A stretch of 24,245 bases of DNA from Alphaproteobacteria bacterium (lineage in GTDB: Bacteria; Pseudomonadota; Alphaproteobacteria; SMXQ01). The notes below the pieces were generated by a model. That model was not told the origin of the DNA. It worked only from the letters and a program-made list of their open reading frames with translations, and searched no databases. The position numbers and the translations under genes are program-made. Location of the stretch: NCBI GenBank assembly GCA_050480665.1, contig JBJHAU010000001.1, forward strand, positions 1 to 24,245. The letters run 5' to 3'. This document shows positions 20,401-24,245 of this stretch, piece by piece (the first letter of the stretch is position 1; each line of letters begins with the position of its first letter).

Positions 20401-23163
20401 TCAGACGAAATAGAAATCATTGGCCGTGAGCTGCGAGGCCTTCACCCCCACCAGCGTGACATGGTCGCCACCGCCGAAATCGATACGGCTGTGATTGCCG
20501 AGATCGATGATGGTGAGATCGCCGAAGCCGGCAAGCCCATGATCGCGGACGTCGACGATGTCGCTGCCCTGGTTGAAATCCAGAATCACATCGGCAGAAC
20601 CGCCCGGCGAGAACACGAAGCCGTTCATTCCGCCGCCACCCCACATCATGTCATTGCCGGTGCCGCTGAAGATCCAGTTGTCGCCCGCACCGCCGAACAG
20701 CATGTTGTTGCCGGCATCGCCCCACAGGGCATCATCGCCCGTCCCGGCGAACAGCCAGTCGTCGCCGGAACCACCCATCAGATAGTTCCAGCCCTCGATA
20801 CCGAAGATCCAGTCGTTGCCGGCATTGCCGAACAGCCAGTCATCGCCAGAACCGCCGAACACCCAGTCGTCGCCGGCCTCGCCATAAAGGACATTGTCGC
20901 CTTCCTGGGCAAACAGCCAGTCGTTGCCAGCGCCGCCATAAAGGTAATCATTGCCGGAACCGGCGAACATCCAGTCGTTGCCGGCGCCGCCCCAGGCGCT
21001 GTCATCGCCATCGCCGGCGAAGATCCAGTCGTCCCCGGCACCCCCGGAAAGCTCGTCATTGCCTGCGCCACCGAACAGCCAGTCATTGCCTTCACCGCCC
21101 CAGAGGCTGTCATTGCCATCGCCGCCGAACAGCCAGTCGTCGCCGGCACCGCCCACAAGCCAGTTCTCTCCCTCGCCGGCGAAGATCCAGTCGTCGCCCT
21201 CGCCACCCCGAAGGTCATCGTCGCCGGTGCCCCCGAACAGCCAGTCGTCGCCCGCACCGCCATCGAGGAAATTGTTGCCGGAACCGGCAAACAGCCAATC
21301 CTGTCCGGCACCGCCGTATAGGGAGTCGTTGCCCGCCCCGCCGAACAGCCAGTCATTGCCCGGACCGCCCTTGAGAACATCGTCCCCATCGAGGCCGAAC
21401 ATCACATCGTGGCCCTTGGTGCCCTTCAGCGCATCGTCGCCCTGGGTGCCATAGATCCAGTTGTGCGAACCCGAAGCGGAAGGGGTCAGGGCCGTGGTGG
21501 CCAGAACGACCGTCATCGGGTTGACCGCAAGCCAGCTTGAAATGCTCGGCTGAGGATCGCCCTTGAGGATGAAGTCGCTCTTGCTCAGATCCGACGGATC
21601 GACACCAAGCAGGGTGATGCTGCCGCCACCCCACTGGAAGGTGATGGTGGTGGCATAGCCATCGCCGTCGATCTTGACGTTGCTGAAATCGGAGATGTTC
21701 ATCGGATGAAGGTTGATGCGATCTTCCCCCGGGGTGAAGTCGAGAATCAGATCATTGCTGCCCCAGGCCTTGACGAACACATCCTTTCCCGCACCGCCGA
21801 ACAGGGTGTTGCTGCCCGCGCCGCCGATGATCAGATCATTGCCCGAGCCACCGAACAGCCAGTCATCGCCATGCCCGCCTTCAAGAACATTGTTGCCACC
21901 GACGCCGAACATCCAGTTCTCGCCGTTCCAGCTTTTCAGGTGATCGTTCCCCTCACCCCCGAAAATCCTGTCGTTGCCGCTGCCGCCGGTGATCGTGTTG
22001 TTGCCGGAGACGCCGAACAGCCAGTTTTCGCCGGCATGACTTGTGATGGTGTCGTTGCCGGTGCCGCCGAAGATCCAGTCGTTGCCGCTACCGCCCTCGA
22101 TGGTGTTGTTGCCACCGACGCCGAACAGCCAGTTGTCGCCGGCGTGGCTCTTGATGAAGTCGCTGCCGGTGCCGCCGAACAGCCAATCAGTTCCGGTTCC
22201 GCCGGTGATCTTGTTCTCCCCGGCAACACCGAACATCCAGTTGTCCCCTGCATGGCTGTGCAGCTTGTCGTTGCCCTTGCCACCGAAGAGCATGTCGTTC
22301 CCGGTTCCACCGGTGATCGTGTTGTGTCCGCCGACGCCGAACATCCAGTTGTCGCCGGCCCAACTCGAGATCTTGTCGTTGCCAAGGCCGCCGAACAGCA
22401 GATCATTGCCGCTGCCGCCGCTGATCTGGTTCTTGCCATCGACACCGAACATGATGTTGTTGCCGGCCCAGCTCGAGAGCTTGTCGTTTCCGAATCCGCC
22501 CCACAGCCAGTCGTTGCCGGCACTTCCGCTGATCGCGTTGTTGCCGTCGGTTCCCCAGACGACCTTTCCGCCGCCAGGCTGCCATGAACCCGCGTTAAGG
22601 GTCGAGCCGTCACTTCCCCACAGGACCAGGCCATCAGGCATGGGATCGCTGAGCGCAGCCTGCTTGTTCGCCGCCGCGAGCTTCTCCGCCTCGGCCTGCT
22701 TTTCCGCCTCGGCCTTGCGCTCTTCCTCGGCCTTCCGCTTCTCTTCGGCCTTGCGCTCTTCCTCGGCCTTCCGCTTCTCTTCGGCCTTGCGTTCTTCCTC
22801 GGCCTTCCGCTTTTCCTCGGCCTTGCGTTCTTCCTCGGCCTTCCGCTTCTCTTCGGCCTTGCGCTCTTCCTCGGCCTTCCGCTTCTCTTCGGATTTCTTG
22901 TCTTCCTTGGTGCGATCATCGGCCTTGGCGCCCTTGAACAGGCCGCTCTTCAGGCCGCAGAACGCCAACACCAAGCCAACAAATCCGCCAATCAGCGAAC
23001 CCAGGCCACCGGCAAGACCGGAGGAGGCAGAAGAAGACCCGGAAGAAGCGTCCGTCTTGCCACCCTTGTGGCCGGCGCCCTTGCCAAAGAAGGATCCCTT
23101 GGAAGAGACCGATGTGGTCGAGACCTTGGAGGCCGAGAACTTGCCGAAAAGCCCGCGAGACAT
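20401..23163 (-). CDS. RTX (hemolysin-type Ca-binding repeat) protein, 920 aa, probable type I secretion substrate, unusual architecture
   Basis: About 60 GGxGxDxUx-type nonapeptides in two blocks (aa ~204-464 and ~563-850). Each block is followed by a D.I.DF..G.D.I.L...ITL.GV...L...DF cap. Strong SD (TAGGAG, 7 nt before ATG). No catalytic domain recognised. Confidence 0.93.
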   Translation of the reverse strand: MSRGLFGKFSASKVSTTSVSSKGSFFGKGAGHKGGKTDASSGSSSASSGLAGGLGSLIGGFVGLVLAFCGLKSGLFKGAKADDRTKEDKKSEEKRKAEEERKAEEKRKAEEERKAEEKRKAEEERKAEEKRKAEEERKAEEKRKAEEERKAEAEKQAEAEKLAAANKQAALSDPMPDGLVLWGSDGSTLNAGSWQPGGGKVVWGTDGNNAISGSAGNDWLWGGFGNDKLSSWAGNNIMFGVDGKNQISGGSGNDLLFGGLGNDKISSWAGDNWMFGVGGHNTITGGTGNDMLFGGKGNDKLHSHAGDNWMFGVAGENKITGGTGTDWLFGGTGSDFIKSHAGDNWLFGVGGNNTIEGGSGNDWIFGGTGNDTITSHAGENWLFGVSGNNTITGGSGNDRIFGGEGNDHLKSWNGENWMFGVGGNNVLEGGHGDDWLFGGSGNDLIIGGAGSNTLFGGAGKDVFVKAWGSNDLILDFTPGEDRINLHPMNISDFSNVKIDGDGYATTITFQWGGGSITLLGVDPSDLSKSDFILKGDPQPSISSWLAVNPMTVVLATTALTPSASGSHNWIYGTQGDDALKGTKGHDVMFGLDGDDVLKGGPGNDWLFGGAGNDSLYGGAGQDWLFAGSGNNFLDGGAGDDWLFGGTGDDDLRGGEGDDWIFAGEGENWLVGGAGDDWLFGGDGNDSLWGGEGNDWLFGGAGNDELSGGAGDDWIFAGDGDDSAWGGAGNDWMFAGSGNDYLYGGAGNDWLFAQEGDNVLYGEAGDDWVFGGSGDDWLFGNAGNDWIFGIEGWNYLMGGSGDDWLFAGTGDDALWGDAGNNMLFGGAGDNWIFSGTGNDMMWGGGGMNGFVFSPGGSADVILDFNQGSDIVDVRDHGLAGFGDLTIIDLGNHSRIDFGGGDHVTLVGVKASQLTANDFYFV
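22711..22890 (-). repeat. Ten 18-bp coding units (36-bp super-unit x5) encoding (EEKRKA-EEERKA)x5
   Basis: aa 92-151 of the RTX protein; near-identical DNA repeats with only synonymous differences. Confidence 0.97.
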
Positions 23164-23207
23164 AACAAGACTCCTAGAGGCATTTTATATAATGATTTCC
23201 TTATATG

Positions 23208-23236
23208 CTTATATGCGCCGCCCTGAACAGAGTCAA
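23208..23236 (-). promoter_or_regulatory. Near-consensus sigma70 promoter of the RTX gene: TTGACT-N17-TATAAG
   Basis: 5/6 and 5/6 matches with 17-nt spacing, in a conspicuously AT-rich patch (about 23164-23250). Confidence 0.75.
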
Positions 23237-23292
23237 CATCCAAATTGAAGCCATGATGCCGCCAAAAGAGAGGGCATGTTCGTCCCCCCTGA

Positions 23293-23324
23293 CTCAGAGC
23301 GAGGCCTCAGAGCGAGGCCTCAGA
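23293..23324 (+). repeat. 13-bp tandem repeat, 2.5 copies
   Basis: ctcagagcgaggc/ctcagagcgaggc/ctcaga between the leuB stop and the RTX promoter. Confidence 0.9.
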
Positions 23325-23377
23325 CGCGGATGTGGAAAGGATCGCCCGAACCGATGGCCCGAGAGCGGCGCGCGGCC

Positions 23378-24245
23378 TTACCGCGACAGGGCTGCCATGG
23401 CCTCGACCACCGCCTGGCCCATATCGGTGGTGGAGATCAGGGTCTTGCCGTCCTGCATGATATCGGCGGTGCGAAGCCCGCGATCCAGAACCGACCTCAC
23501 CGCCTGTTCCAGAAGATCGGCTTCATCGCCAAGTCCGAAGGAATAGCGCAGCATCATCGCGGCGGAGAGGATGGTAGCCAGCGGATTGGCCTTGTTGGTT
23601 CCGGCAATATCCGGCGCCGATCCATGCACCGGCTCGTAAAGCGCGGGCCTTCGCCCCGTAGCATCCCTCGCCCCGAGCGAGGCCGAAGGCAGCATGCCGA
23701 GCGAGCCGGTCAGCATCGCCGCACAATCGGAAAGCAGATCGCCGAACAGGTTGTCGGTCACGATCACGTCGAACTGCTTGGGATAACGCACCAGCTGCAT
23801 GGCGCAATTGTCGGCATACATGTGCGACAGGGCGATCTTGGGAAACTCGCTGTCGTGAAGCCTGGTGATTTCCTCGCGCCACAACACGCCCGATTCCATC
23901 ACATTGGCCTTTTCCACCGAACAGACCCGGCCCGAGCGTTGTGCGGCCAGTTCAAAGGCAACCCGGCCGATGCGAACGATCTCGTGGGTATCATAGACCT
24001 GGGTGTTGATTCCGCGACGCTCGCCATTGGGCAGGGTGGTGATTCCGCGCGGCTCGCCGAAATAGACGCCGCCGGTCAGTTCCCGGATGATCAGGATGTC
24101 CAGCCCGGCCACCAGATCGGTGCGCAGGGTCGAGGCCTCGGCCAGGGCATCGAACACGATCGCCGGACGCAGATTGGCAAACAGCGCCATGTCCTTGCGC
24201 AGGCGCAGCAGGCCGCGTTCGGGCTGAAGCGCGAACGGCAGGGAT
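23378..24245 (-). CDS. leuB: 3-isopropylmalate dehydrogenase (5' end outside the window)
   Basis: Frame open to the window edge (..[21 protein letters not shown]); [16 protein letters not shown]; SVEKANVME; [49 protein letters not shown]; [17 protein letters not shown]. Confidence 0.97.
   Translation of the reverse strand, partial: SLPFALQPERGLLRLRKDMALFANLRPAIVFDALAEASTLRTDLVAGLDILIIRELTGGVYFGEPRGITTLPNGERRGINTQVYDTHEIVRIGRVAFELAAQRSGRVCSVEKANVMESGVLWREEITRLHDSEFPKIALSHMYADNCAMQLVRYPKQFDVIVTDNLFGDLLSDCAAMLTGSLGMLPSASLGARDATGRRPALYEPVHGSAPDIAGTNKANPLATILSAAMMLRYSFGLGDEADLLEQAVRSVLDRGLRTADIMQDGKTLISTTDMGQAVVEAMAALSR

Noticed and set aside
20401-22890. CRISPR array suggested by 18/36-bp, 54-bp and 108-bp periodicities
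   Set aside because: The repeats are contiguous, in frame and protein-coding, with no unique spacers and no cas genes.
22951-22975. Lipoprotein lipobox (VLAFC) in the RTX N-terminus
   Set aside because: The -1 residue is Phe rather than Gly/Ala/Ser, and the Cys is at position 69, far beyond a normal signal peptide II.

Overview
A GC-rich alphaproteobacterial chromosome segment (Rhodospirillales-like gene order, inferred and not database-checked). It is dominated by a minus-strand central-metabolism cluster: sdhC-sdhD-sdhA-sdhB-[dienelactone hydrolase, two DMT/EamA paralogs]-zapE-[nadC, NADPH:quinone reductase]-mdh-sucC-sucD-sucA (truncated). Upstream lie a ~1.4 kb non-coding gap, a CitE/Mcl2-like CoA-ester lyase, a divergent LysE exporter, asd, a 920-aa RTX protein and truncated leuB. 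Most genes are ordinary housekeeping genes. Four things stand out. (1) An orphan RTX protein sits between leuB and asd. It has a basic Gly/Ser N-terminus with a glycine-zipper hydrophobic segment, a (EEKRKA-EEERKA)x5 charged helix, and two beta-roll blocks each with its own C-terminal cap. One face of each roll is a W-x-F aromatic ladder, and block 1 shows strict D,D,N,N alternation at the Ca-binding position. (2) The sdhC upstream gap holds a roughly helically phased array of DnaA-box-like 9-mers, a densely structured segment and an orphan plus-strand terminator, suggesting an unannotated RNA. (3) Malate dehydrogenase carries a KKAAP x3 histone/HBHA-like tail. (4) Short tandem duplications occur in most of the longer intergenic regions. 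All product calls come from manual motif recognition and all counts are manual; no searches or folding programs were run.
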